From: an uncultured Bacilli bacterium
GTDB lineage: Bacteria; Bacillota_I; Bacilli_A; RF39; UBA660
DNA length: 64,000 bases
NCBI GenBank assembly: GCA_947626515.1
Contig: CANQSL010000002.1
Coordinates: 14,339 to 78,338 of the forward strand
Reading direction: 5' to 3'
Part shown: one piece after another, positions 28,511 through 38,070 of the stretch
How the letters are laid out: each line of letters opens with the position of its first letter
Numbering within the stretch: position 1 is the stretch's first letter
Notes under the pieces: model-generated
Database searches by the model: none
Told to the model about the DNA's origin: nothing
What the model saw: the letters and a program-made list of their open reading frames with translations, nothing else
Made by a program: the position numbers and the translations under genes

Positions 28511-30574
28511 ATGAAAAAAGGAATAACTAAAAATTTATTTAAAAATTTTATTATTATTTTAAGTGCACTTCTACTTTTAGAAATAACTTTTAAAATAATA
28601 AATTCTTTTAAAATAATAGATTGGTCTATAATAAGAATCATGTTAAGCTGTTTAATATTTAGCTTAATTTTTTCAGGTTTATTATACTTTATTTCTAAAA
28701 ATAAACAAAAGTTTATATTTATTATAATATTTTTATTCATATCGTTATATGCATTAGTTCAAACTGGATTTAATAATTTTATTGGAGTATATATATCTTT
28801 AAATACTTCAAGTCAATTTGGTGCAGTTATAGATTATATAAGAGAATTTGTTTTTAGTTTTAAATGGTATTATTATTTTAATTTATTACCATTGGTTTTA
28901 CTTATTATTTATTTTATTTTCTTTGATAAAAAAGTGGATAAAAAATTTAGGATAAGAAAAAATATAAAATATAAAAAGAGTAAAAATAAAAAAACAAATA
29001 AAATTTTTATAAAAAATGTTATTAAATATGCATCTTTAACTTTTGCTATTTGTTTAGTTTATGTAAGTACTTTATTTATACCTTTTATGCAAAATAAATT
29101 ACAAACTGTCAGCAATAAAAGATTATTTATGAATCCGACAATACCTAGTATATCTATTAGACAATTTGGGATAACTATGTTTGGATTGTTGGATGTAAAA
29201 AATTATTTTTTGCCAGCTGAACAACCTACAGAATATGTATTTTCAGAAGAAGAACCTAAAGAAGAGAAAAAAACTAGAACTTTTGATGATGCTAATTGGG
29301 AAAATTTAATTGAAGAAGAAACTAATGAAACAATTAATACATTAAATAAATATTTTATTAATAATAAGATAACTGATGTTAATTCTTATACAGGATTGTT
29401 TGAAAATAAAAATCTTATTGTAATTATGATGGAAAGTGTTAATGATATATTTATAAATGAAGAGGATTATCCTAATTTTTATAAATTATATAATGAAGGA
29501 TGGCATTGGGAAAATAATTACAGTCCTAGAAATTCTTGTGCAACAGGTAATAATGAAATGAGTGGAATGATAAGTTTATATTCTATAAATAATAATTGTA
29601 CAGCTAACGAGTATAAAAATAATACTTATTTTGAGAGCATATTTAATTTATTTAACAACAAAGATTATACAACATTTAGCGCTCATGACTATACTGCTCA
29701 CTATTATGATAGAGCTACAATTCATAGAAATATGGGAAGTACACATTATTATGATGTAGAAGAAATGGGCATTGATTTTTCTAGCCAATATAGAAATTGG
29801 GCTAGCGATGAAGATTTCATGACGAAAGTTTTAGATATAATAGATAGTGTTGATCAAGATAAACCTTTTATGACTTGGCTAACAACAGTTACAAGTCATC
29901 AACCTTATTCAGTATCATCAATACAGGGAGATTATTATTTAGATTTATTTGCAGACCAAAATTTAAAAAAAGATTTACAACGTTATAAATCTAAATTAAA
30001 GTATTTAGATAATGGTCTTGGTATTTTAATTCAAGGTTTAGAAGAAAGAGGAATATTAGACGATACTGTTATAGTATTATTTGGGGATCATTATCCGTAT
30101 GGTTTAAGCAAAGATACAATCAATACAGTTTTAGATTATGATACCAATATCGATTATGAAGCTGAAAGAGTTCCTTTTGTTATATATAATTCTGAAATTG
30201 AGAGTAAAATTTATAAAGAATATACCTCATATATAAATATTTTGCCAACAGTTGCTAATTTATTTGATTTAGAATATGATCCTAGATATTTTATGGGAAC
30301 TGATTTGTTTAGTGAAGATTATAACTCATTAGTTGTTTTTGCTGATGGATCGTGGAAAAATGAAATTGCATATTATAATGCTGCTAATGGAGATGTTAAA
30401 TATTTTACTGATAAAGAATATTCTTTAGAAGAACTACAAGAAATTAATTCAAATATCGATATGAAATTAAATATGAGTTCTCTTGCTATAAAAAACAATT
30501 ACTTTAATTATTTAAGTGAAAAATTAAATTTTAAAAAAACAACAACAGAAGAAGTGGATAGAAATGATAAGTGA
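28511..30574 (+). CDS. second LTA-synthase-family sulfatase-domain membrane protein
   Basis: Paralogue of 8290..10236: multi-TM N-terminus, LIVIMMESV, CATGNNEMSGM, GDHYPYGLS. Confidence 0.85.
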   Translation: MKKGITKNLFKNFIIILSALLLLEITFKIINSFKIIDWSIIRIMLSCLIFSLIFSGLLYFISKNKQKFIFIIIFLFISLYALVQTGFNNFIGVYISLNTSSQFGAVIDYIREFVFSFKWYYYFNLLPLVLLIIYFIFFDKKVDKKFRIRKNIKYKKSKNKKTNKIFIKNVIKYASLTFAICLVYVSTLFIPFMQNKLQTVSNKRLFMNPTIPSISIRQFGITMFGLLDVKNYFLPAEQPTEYVFSEEEPKEEKKTRTFDDANWENLIEEETNETINTLNKYFINNKITDVNSYTGLFENKNLIVIMMESVNDIFINEEDYPNFYKLYNEGWHWENNYSPRNSCATGNNEMSGMISLYSINNNCTANEYKNNTYFESIFNLFNNKDYTTFSAHDYTAHYYDRATIHRNMGSTHYYDVEEMGIDFSSQYRNWASDEDFMTKVLDIIDSVDQDKPFMTWLTTVTSHQPYSVSSIQGDYYLDLFADQNLKKDLQRYKSKLKYLDNGLGILIQGLEERGILDDTVIVLFGDHYPYGLSKDTINTVLDYDTNIDYEAERVPFVIYNSEIESKIYKEYTSYINILPTVANLFDLEYDPRYFMGTDLFSEDYNSLVVFADGSWKNEIAYYNAANGDVKYFTDKEYSLEELQEINSNIDMKLNMSSLAIKNNYFNYLSEKLNFKKTTTEEVDRNDK

Positions 30575-30968
30575 TTTAGATTTAATAATAGAAGAATATA
30601 AAATAAATTATAACGGTAAAGATAATAAAAAAAAAATAAAATATTTAATTTCTTTATTAAAAAATAACGTTTCTTATGATTATCAAAAAATAATTGATGA
30701 AATATTGATAATATATCCACAATATATAAATATTTTTAAATTTAAATATGGTATCAATGGCTCGATAAATACTTTATTAGAAGCTATATATTATATTGAA
30801 AGTGAAAATAATTTAATTATAAAAAAATTAATTCATAATTTAAACAATACTATAAATTTAGAAAATACCGATATACATATAAAAATAAAAACGGTTAATG
30901 AGTATTTGAATTTAATAAAAATATATATGAGTAAACTTGAATTAAAACAAAAAGGATTAGTAAAATAA
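30564..30968 (+). CDS. hypothetical protein
   Basis: 134-aa ORF overlapping the upstream gene by 11 nt. No motif recognised. Confidence 0.45.
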   Translation: MISDLDLIIEEYKINYNGKDNKKKIKYLISLLKNNVSYDYQKIIDEILIIYPQYINIFKFKYGINGSINTLLEAIYYIESENNLIIKKLIHNLNNTINLENTDIHIKIKTVNEYLNLIKIYMSKLELKQKGLVK

Positions 30969-30983
30969 AAATGCTAATCCTTT
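30951..30983. terminator. bidirectional hairpin between convergent genes
   Basis: aaaggattag (30951-30960) / ctaatccttt (30974-30983), 13-nt loop, T-rich flanks on both strands. Confidence 0.5.
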
Positions 30984-32035
30984 TAATGTTTTTTCAATAT
31001 TTTGTTTTTTATTATTTTTAATATTTCAAAAAATCTAAAAGAAGAAAAATAAAGAACTTTAAAAGTGGAAAATTTTGAATAATTTTTAATTAATTTAATT
31101 CCTACAATATTTATAATTAATCTTTTATTTAAAGTTTCAGGTAAATTATTTATCAAATTCATAAACATAACATTATCTAATAAATTATAATATATAGTTT
31201 TTGTCATTTCTTTGTCATTTTTATAAGAATAATATAAAGCTGGAAGAATCATTACAACAGCTAAAGAATTTATTTCTTTTTCATATTTATTACTTAACTT
31301 TTCTTTTAATTTATTCGCAAGATTTATATTGCTTAAAATATTTCTTTCTGTATTTTTATAATTTTTTGATCCTAATTCATTTTTGTAATAATGATAAGTT
31401 ACTTTATTACTAAAATATATGTTAGTTAAATGTTTGAATAAATTTATATAATAATCTAAATCTTGGAAAACATATAATTCTTTTTCAAAAAAGATTTTAT
31501 TTTTTATTATAAAGTCTTTTTTTATAAGAAGTAACCATAAGTAAGAGCCAAAATTTTGATTTAAAATATCGTTAATAAATATATCTCTATAATTTTTATT
31601 TAAAGTTATTTTACCACTATAATTTAGTTTTTTTTCATATACAAATTTGTTATTTGCTTCTAATACATAACTAGTTCTAACAATTTCTACTTTATATTTT
31701 GAAGCTAAATTGATCATTGTTTCTAAAGCATCTGTTTCCAAATAATCGTCAGCATCTATAAAAGTTATAAAATCACCAGTAGAATTTTCAATACCAATAT
31801 TTCTTGCTATGCTTACTCCTTCATTTTTTTTATTTATTATTTTTATTCTATTATCTTTTTTTGCATATTTTTTTATTATATTTAAACTTTTATCTGTTGA
31901 ACCATCATTAATAATTATTAATTCAAAATTTTTGTATGTTTGATTTAATACGCTGTCTATACATCTTGAAATATATTTTTCTCCATTAAATATTGGTAAA
32001 ATTAAAGTTATTTTTTGCATATTCTTCACCAACAA
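30983..32035 (-). CDS. family 2 glycosyltransferase
   Basis: N-terminal ITLILPIFNGEKYISRCIDSVLNQTYKNFELIIINDGSTD, plus a DxD motif (FIDADD). Confidence 0.85.
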   Translation of the reverse strand: MLVKNMQKITLILPIFNGEKYISRCIDSVLNQTYKNFELIIINDGSTDKSLNIIKKYAKKDNRIKIINKKNEGVSIARNIGIENSTGDFITFIDADDYLETDALETMINLASKYKVEIVRTSYVLEANNKFVYEKKLNYSGKITLNKNYRDIFINDILNQNFGSYLWLLLIKKDFIIKNKIFFEKELYVFQDLDYYINLFKHLTNIYFSNKVTYHYYKNELGSKNYKNTERNILSNINLANKLKEKLSNKYEKEINSLAVVMILPALYYSYKNDKEMTKTIYYNLLDNVMFMNLINNLPETLNKRLIINIVGIKLIKNYSKFSTFKVLYFSSFRFFEILKIIKNKILKKH

Positions 32036-32067
32036 GATTTTACCATAAAATATTAAATAAAAAACTA

Positions 32068-32096
32068 TTTACAATTATAAATTTTTATGGTATTAT
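32068..32096 (+). promoter_or_regulatory. putative promoter of the TelA-AAA operon
   Basis: TTTACA (32068-32073), 17-nt spacer, TGgTATTAT (32088-32096). AGGAGGGG RBS at 32113-32120. Confidence 0.45.
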
Positions 32097-32126
32097 ATTT
32101 CTCACTTTTGTTAGGAGGGGTTGTTT

Positions 32127-33326
32127 ATGCCAAAAGACAAAGATACTTCTGTTTATGAAGCAGAAGTAATAGATGAAGAATTAAATCAAGAAGAATCGGA
32201 TGAATTTTTAGTTAAAAGAGTTGATTTTTCTGATCCATATTCTATTAGAAATTATGGAAGTGAAATAGTTAAAGAAACTGCAAATTTAACTTTGGAAGTT
32301 TCAAATATTACAAGAGAAGATATTACTAGTGAATTTGAAAATGAAGAAGCTATTGAGTATATAGAAAATTTTAAAGGTAAAGTTGACGATGAAACTAGTG
32401 ATAAGTTAGGAATAAAAGGTTTGATGAGAAAAGCTGCATATAAAGCTTTATCTGTTATAGGCAAAGAAGATTTATTACCAGTTTTTGATCCAAAAAAAAC
32501 TCATGAAGAATATATAGAAAGTTTACGTGTAATTGCTCAGAATGTTGAAAAAGATTTAGCTGAAGCTGAAAAAGCAATAGATATTAAGCAAGCATTTATA
32601 AAAAATTTAGAACCTTTAATACAACAATTAGAAGAATATGTTAAAGTAGGAGAAGAAGATTTAGAAGCATTTAAAGAAGACATTAAAATTAGAGAATCTA
32701 AAGTTAATTCTTCTTTAAGTGAATATGATAATTTAAAGTTACTTAATGAAATAAAATCTGATAAACAAGCTGTTATTGTTTTTGAAATGCGCTTAGGTAC
32801 TTTGAGAAAACATTTGGCTCTTACTCAAAATTCTAAAGCTTCATGTAATACAGAAATATTAAATGATACTAAAAGAGCAATTGCATATAATGAATATTTA
32901 GATTCAATGTTGCCAGCACTTGAACAAAATGCAACTCTTAAAGTAGAAGCGAGAGTACAAAAATTAAAAATAGATAAACATCAAAAATTATTGGAAAAGT
33001 CTAATAAAGCTCTTAAAGATACATCAAATGAAATATTGGAAAATACAAAAAGAGTTAATGATATGTTTGTAAGTGGAGCAATTTATAATGATACAATTAA
33101 AACTTTGGCTGAAAATATTTCTAAAGGTAATAAATTATTAATAGAAGGAAATAAGCAAAAATTACTTAGTACACAGGAAGGTAATAAGATTGTAACAGCC
33201 TTACAACAAAGTTATCAAGAAAGCGTTCATACTGCCGAAAAATTTATTGGTATAGAATCAAATCAAAATAGTGAGGATGTTGCTTATCTTCCAGAAGGAC
33301 CTACTTTATCTAAAAGAAGGAACTAA
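32127..33326 (+). CDS. TelA-like (toxic anion resistance family) protein
   Basis: N-terminal VDFSDPYSIRNYGSEI matches the conserved TelA start. About 400 aa, all-helical, coiled-coil rich. ATG 32127 lies 6 nt after AGGAGGGG (ORF-track TTG 32121). Confidence 0.75.
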   Translation: MPKDKDTSVYEAEVIDEELNQEESDEFLVKRVDFSDPYSIRNYGSEIVKETANLTLEVSNITREDITSEFENEEAIEYIENFKGKVDDETSDKLGIKGLMRKAAYKALSVIGKEDLLPVFDPKKTHEEYIESLRVIAQNVEKDLAEAEKAIDIKQAFIKNLEPLIQQLEEYVKVGEEDLEAFKEDIKIRESKVNSSLSEYDNLKLLNEIKSDKQAVIVFEMRLGTLRKHLALTQNSKASCNTEILNDTKRAIAYNEYLDSMLPALEQNATLKVEARVQKLKIDKHQKLLEKSNKALKDTSNEILENTKRVNDMFVSGAIYNDTIKTLAENISKGNKLLIEGNKQKLLSTQEGNKIVTALQQSYQESVHTAEKFIGIESNQNSEDVAYLPEGPTLSKRRN

Positions 33327-33328
33327 TT

Positions 33329-34507
33329 GTGATAAAACAAGAATTGATTGAAATTTCTAAAATAGAAGATTTAAAATTAATATACTTTTATTCTATTAAT
33401 AATGAATTAAAAAATAAATATTATGAATTAAAAATAACTTATGGAGATAATTTATCTATGAGTTATAAATATACAGATGAGTATTTTGATTATTTTATTT
33501 CTAAAGTTGTAAGTGTTTATAAAAAAGAAAAAAATAAAAATAATATTATATTTCTTAATGATTTTTCAAAAAAAATATTTGATGAAATTTTAAAAAAAGA
33601 AGATACTCATAAAATAAAACAAGAAATTGATTTGACTGATAATAGAATGAGTATCTTTAATACTATAACTAATGATTTATCTTTGTCAATTCCATATATT
33701 AAAGAGATATTAAATAATTTGTTCATTGCTATATATCGAGATGAAAATATAAAAGTTGAAAATTTTAAAGGAATTAATAATAGAAGATTGTGTACTTTAA
33801 AAAATAATGATAAGGTTATTAATATTCCTTTAATTTTATCGAAAAGTAAAGAAGATCTATTTAATTTTAGGTTTTCTATTGTGAATAAGCAAGCTTATAA
33901 TTTTTTTGGAAAAGTTGCATTTTTAAATGAACATACATTTTCTTATATTAAAGATGAGGTTATTGAAGGCAAATGTTCTTATAAAGTAAGAGAAGATGAT
34001 TGTGTTAAATATATAAATGTAAAAGATGAAACTTTATATTATGATAATGAAACACATTTTTTAAATAATATTGAGCAAGAAATAATTAATCAGTATTTAA
34101 ATCTGCTTGGAATAAGATTATTTTCTAAAATGAAAAAAACTTGTGAAAATACTTATCTTTTATTTGATAGTGTGACAACTGATTCTATAACTAATAGAAG
34201 AACAATTAATATGGTTATGTATAAAGATTATATAAAAATGTTATATAAAAGTGCTTATGGATTAGAAAAAAATAATAATTTTATAATATTAGATGAAGAA
34301 AATGAATTAATTACTATAAAACTAATAGAAGATAAAATTATTATAGAAAAAGCATTTATTGATGGTTTTATTACAAGTGGTGATTACAAAAAAAATTATT
34401 TAAATAAATATAAATATCTTTTATATAATATATCTAAACAAAATTTGATGTTAGCTAATCAATTTAAAGAAGAAAATATTAAAAAGTTAGAATTAGGGGG
34501 TAAATAA
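33329..34507 (+). CDS. hypothetical protein (operon member, no recognisable domain)
   Basis: GTG start 2 nt after the telA-like stop, with AAGGAA 6 nt upstream. 392 aa, no TM segment, no motif. Confidence 0.6.
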   Translation: MIKQELIEISKIEDLKLIYFYSINNELKNKYYELKITYGDNLSMSYKYTDEYFDYFISKVVSVYKKEKNKNNIIFLNDFSKKIFDEILKKEDTHKIKQEIDLTDNRMSIFNTITNDLSLSIPYIKEILNNLFIAIYRDENIKVENFKGINNRRLCTLKNNDKVINIPLILSKSKEDLFNFRFSIVNKQAYNFFGKVAFLNEHTFSYIKDEVIEGKCSYKVREDDCVKYINVKDETLYYDNETHFLNNIEQEIINQYLNLLGIRLFSKMKKTCENTYLLFDSVTTDSITNRRTINMVMYKDYIKMLYKSAYGLEKNNNFIILDEENELITIKLIEDKIIIEKAFIDGFITSGDYKKNYLNKYKYLLYNISKQNLMLANQFKEENIKKLELGGK

Positions 34508-34511
34508 AAAT

Positions 34512-36299
34512 ATGGGAATTTTTAATTTTAAAAAAGAAAATGAACTTACCGATGAAGAACGTTTTAATGCTGTATTAAAGCAGTTGGAAAGTGAATTTGT
34601 AACTACAAATAAAAACAAATATCAAGATTATTTAAATTTTGAAGAAAAAATAACCCTCGATAATGTAGGTAGCAATAATATTAATGCTTTTATATTTATT
34701 ATGAAATTTATAGCAAATACACCTTGGAATTTTAATGATTCTATTACTAAAGTCTTAAATATTATTAATAATATAGATGACGAAGAAATATATAAGCCAG
34801 TTTTAATGCTTATAGAGCGTCATCCAGAATATTATGATAAGATTTTATCTGCTTTGAGCGTATTTCAAAATAAAAGTTTAGTATCTGGTTATTTATCAAA
34901 ATATATATTTGAGTTTAATCCAGATAAATTAAACGTTATATTTGATTATATTTTAAAATCAAGACAATATTTTATAGATGAAGCATCTTTTCTTTCATCG
35001 ATTATTAATTTTGAAAATAGTATAAATAATCCTTTACAAAATAAAGATGATTATGAAAGAATATTGAATGAGAAAATTAAAGAAGATAAAGAATTAGCCG
35101 GTATATATCCTACTTTAGATGAAAAAAAATTAGAGAAATATTTGGAAAAGATGGAAACTGTTTCTAAAGATTTTGCTTTGCTGGAAGAATCATATAAAAG
35201 AATTATTGAAAATAAAGATAGTTTAATGGCAAGTAAGGATGAAATTAGCAGTCTTATTGATAGTAAGTTAACATCATTAGAACAAACTATTTCAAAATAT
35301 GATTCAGTAATAGAAAATGGAAGAAATATTTTAAAAGAGGTTTCTAGTGAGCAATTAAATAAAATTAGAGAGTTATTATTAGAACATAGTTTATTAGAAC
35401 ATAGTGCAAAAAAGGTAAGCAAGATAGAAATAGAAGAAGGCACAATATCTGCATTTGATGAAAGTATACCTATTAAAAATAGATATGAAAAAATAATGTC
35501 TTTAAAACAAAATTCATTATATCATGAGTGTTTCGATAAAGTTGTTAAAGATTTATTATTAAAAAAGAGTGTTTACTTAGTTGGTGCAAGTGGAAACGGT
35601 AAAAGTTATTTGATTTATCAAATTGCAAAAATGTTGGGATTGAAAATTTATAACATAGGATTTGTTGTAGATGAATATACTTCTTTTAAAGGATATAATG
35701 ACGCTAATGGTATTTATGTTCCTACACCATTTTATTATGCTTTTAAATATGGAGGATTATTGTTTGTTGATGAGATTGATAATAGTGAATCTAAGGCTTT
35801 AGTAGAAATGAATAAATTTGTTGAAAATTTTGGATATAAAGAATATCTATTTCCAAATGGTGAATTAGTAAAACCTCATCCTAATTTTAGACTAATTGCA
35901 GCTGGTAATACATGGGGTGAAGGAGCGGATGAAGCTTATTCATCACGTGAAAAGTTGGATTATGCTACTATAAGACGTTTTGATAGAATAGAATTTACTA
36001 TAGATAAAAAATTAGAGAAAAATTTATATAATTTAGATAAAGAATTGTATGAATTTATAGAAGCTTATAGAGGGGTATTAGAAACAAAAAATGAAGAACC
36101 ATTCTCATTAGCAGATACTGAAGATGTATATCGTTTTGTTGAAAGTGGACTATATACTGAAGAAGATATTATAGATAAAAAATTTGTTAAACATAATAGA
36201 AAAGAATATTTAGAAGCTATGTCTTATTCGTTAAGTGAAATATGTCCTAATAATAAATATTTAAAATTATATAATTCTAATATAAGGAGAAATAAATGA
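34512..36299 (+). CDS. AAA+ ATPase of the AAA_5 (CobS/MoxR/NorQ-like) type with a ~350-aa unknown helical N-terminal region
   Basis: Walker A GASGNGKS (35583-35606), Walker B LLFVDEID, FRLIAAGNTWGEGAD, ATIRRFDRIEF. Confidence 0.8.
   Translation: MGIFNFKKENELTDEERFNAVLKQLESEFVTTNKNKYQDYLNFEEKITLDNVGSNNINAFIFIMKFIANTPWNFNDSITKVLNIINNIDDEEIYKPVLMLIERHPEYYDKILSALSVFQNKSLVSGYLSKYIFEFNPDKLNVIFDYILKSRQYFIDEASFLSSIINFENSINNPLQNKDDYERILNEKIKEDKELAGIYPTLDEKKLEKYLEKMETVSKDFALLEESYKRIIENKDSLMASKDEISSLIDSKLTSLEQTISKYDSVIENGRNILKEVSSEQLNKIRELLLEHSLLEHSAKKVSKIEIEEGTISAFDESIPIKNRYEKIMSLKQNSLYHECFDKVVKDLLLKKSVYLVGASGNGKSYLIYQIAKMLGLKIYNIGFVVDEYTSFKGYNDANGIYVPTPFYYAFKYGGLLFVDEIDNSESKALVEMNKFVENFGYKEYLFPNGELVKPHPNFRLIAAGNTWGEGADEAYSSREKLDYATIRRFDRIEFTIDKKLEKNLYNLDKELYEFIEAYRGVLETKNEEPFSLADTEDVYRFVESGLYTEEDIIDKKFVKHNRKEYLEAMSYSLSEICPNNKYLKLYNSNIRRNK
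35376..35405 (+). repeat. perfect 15-bp tandem duplication inside the AAA+ gene
   Basis: ttattagaacatagt x2 (35376-35390, 35391-35405), encoding LLEHS-LLEHS. Confidence 0.9.
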
Positions 36300-37294
36300 T
36301 AAAAAAAGAAGTTAAGCTTGAAAATGGAACTACATTATACTATGTGGAATTTGATAATGTAGATGATATGCTTAATTTCATAACAAATACACCTTATAAT
36401 TCTAAATTTTCATCAAGAGCTAGTACTATTAAATCAGATAAAAGAAACTATTTAACTGGTACTAAAACTTTTGAAGAAGCTTTAGAATTATTTAGACATG
36501 GTATTTTTACTAATGAGGTAGAAGAGTTAATAAACTTAAAAAAAGATTTAGAATTAAATATAAATAATTTAGTTAAAGGTAGAAAAAACGTACGTTCAAT
36601 TTATGGCTATAGAAGTGATGTACCTAGATTTATTATGGGTCAAAATGATTCAATGTATAAAATTATTAGAGATAAAGTAAATTTTATAAATATTATATAC
36701 AATGTTACTGCACATGGTAGGGTTTCTCCTAAAGCTGTTAAGATAAAAGGGCTTCTTACATATTTGTTGATCGCTATATTAGAATCATTAAATAATAGAG
36801 TTAATTTTGATTTCTTAGCATGTTCTGGAACAATACCTCCAAATGGAGATTTATCAAATGGAATAACAAATAATCTTGTAATCAAATTAAATATAAAAAG
36901 ATTTAGCAATAAATTTGATATAAATAGTGCTTATTTTCCATTATGTCATCCAGCTTATTTAAGAAGAATTATATTTAATGTAATAGAAAAATTAGATTTT
37001 GAACATATGGATTATTGGGCAAATCAATATGGAAGTAATTGCCAAAGTATAGAAGATATAAAAAATATGGTTGGAGTAAAAAATTCTATAGTTATATCTA
37101 GATTAGAAAATAAATTTAGCAACAATCTTGCTACGGGAGATGTTGATGAGAAAATAACTATAGAAGATATTAAAGATAATTTTAATATATTTATTGATAG
37201 TTTAAATGAGCAAGGATTATATGACTTATTAAACGGTAACACTTTAGCTTTTGAAGAAAATAGAATTGTTTTAAGAAAGTATAAAAAAAATTAA
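36296..37294 (+). CDS. hypothetical protein, possible vWA-like partner of the AAA+ ATPase
   Basis: ATGA overlap with the AAA+ stop. The strand-loop-helix-strand pattern NIIYNVTAHGRVS...LLIAILESLNNRVNFDFLA resembles the start of a vWA fold, but without DxSxS. Confidence 0.55.
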   Translation: MIKKEVKLENGTTLYYVEFDNVDDMLNFITNTPYNSKFSSRASTIKSDKRNYLTGTKTFEEALELFRHGIFTNEVEELINLKKDLELNINNLVKGRKNVRSIYGYRSDVPRFIMGQNDSMYKIIRDKVNFINIIYNVTAHGRVSPKAVKIKGLLTYLLIAILESLNNRVNFDFLACSGTIPPNGDLSNGITNNLVIKLNIKRFSNKFDINSAYFPLCHPAYLRRIIFNVIEKLDFEHMDYWANQYGSNCQSIEDIKNMVGVKNSIVISRLENKFSNNLATGDVDEKITIEDIKDNFNIFIDSLNEQGLYDLLNGNTLAFEENRIVLRKYKKN

Positions 37295-37299
37295 GTTAG

Positions 37300-37338
37300 G
37301 TATAATTTTTTGTAAACTGACAAAATTATACTTTTTTT
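37300..37338 (+). terminator. intrinsic terminator closing the four-gene operon
   Basis: gtataatttt (37300-37309) / aaaattatac (37322-37331), 12-nt loop, T7 run (37332-37338). Confidence 0.55.
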
Positions 37339-37384
37339 AAATTATGAACTATGATATGATATTAATACATAAAGGGGAATGTTA

Positions 37385-37975
37385 ATGGGACAATATTTCA
37401 CTAATGATGATTCTTTAAAGAGTGAACTAAGGACAATAAAGTATGTATATGATGAGTACTCGTTATTATTTATGAGTGACTTAGGAGTTTTTTCTAAAGA
37501 TAAAATAGATTTTGGAAGTAGGTTATTACTTGAAAATTATTTAAAATATAATAATTCACAAAAAACAGTATTAGACGTTGGTTGTGGATATGGCTTTTTA
37601 GGTGTAACAATATCTAAAATTACAAAAAGCTTTGTAGATATGGTAGATATAAATAAAAGGGCTATTCATTTAACAAAAATGAATATTGATAATAATAAAG
37701 TAAATGCTAATGCTTTTATTAGTAATTGTTATGAAGAAATAAATAAAAAATATGATGTTATTATCACTAATCCTCCTATTAGGGCAGGAAAAGTGATATA
37801 TATGAATATAATTAATAATGCAGTTAACCATTTATATAAAAATGGAGAGTTATGGTTTGTTATGCATAAGGATCATGGAGTAAAAACTACTATTAAAAAT
37901 ATTAGTAGTATATATGATGTAAATATAATTGATAAAAATAAAGGTTTTTATGTAATTCTTTGTAAAAAGCGTTGA
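37385..37975 (+). CDS. ybxB: class I SAM-dependent methyltransferase, RsmC/YbxB-like
   Basis: GVFSKDKIDFGSRLLLE, VLDVGCGYGFLG, NPPIRAGK. Located immediately upstream of rpoB, like B. subtilis ybxB. Confidence 0.8.
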   Translation: MGQYFTNDDSLKSELRTIKYVYDEYSLLFMSDLGVFSKDKIDFGSRLLLENYLKYNNSQKTVLDVGCGYGFLGVTISKITKSFVDMVDINKRAIHLTKMNIDNNKVNANAFISNCYEEINKKYDVIITNPPIRAGKVIYMNIINNAVNHLYKNGELWFVMHKDHGVKTTIKNISSIYDVNIIDKNKGFYVILCKKR

Positions 37976-38000
37976 CACAAAAACTTTTTATTGATAAAAT
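37972..38000 (+). promoter_or_regulatory. putative rpoBC promoter
   Basis: TTGACA (37972-37977, overlapping the ybxB stop), 17-nt spacer, TAAAAT (37995-38000). The leader contains an imperfect hairpin at 38015-38038. Confidence 0.45.
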
Positions 38001-38070
38001 TTTAAATTGGTGGCGTAGTGTCTAAATTTTTAGACTACACAAAAAAAATCTAAGTATTGGGGTGAAATGA

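Noticed and set aside
38015-38038. Hairpin in the rpoB leader, considered as a terminator for ybxB.
   Set aside because: The stem is imperfect (8 bp with a 2-nt bulge). It is followed by an A-run rather than a T-run on the + strand. On the minus strand the T-run precedes the hairpin. It is kept only as a note under the rpoB promoter feature.
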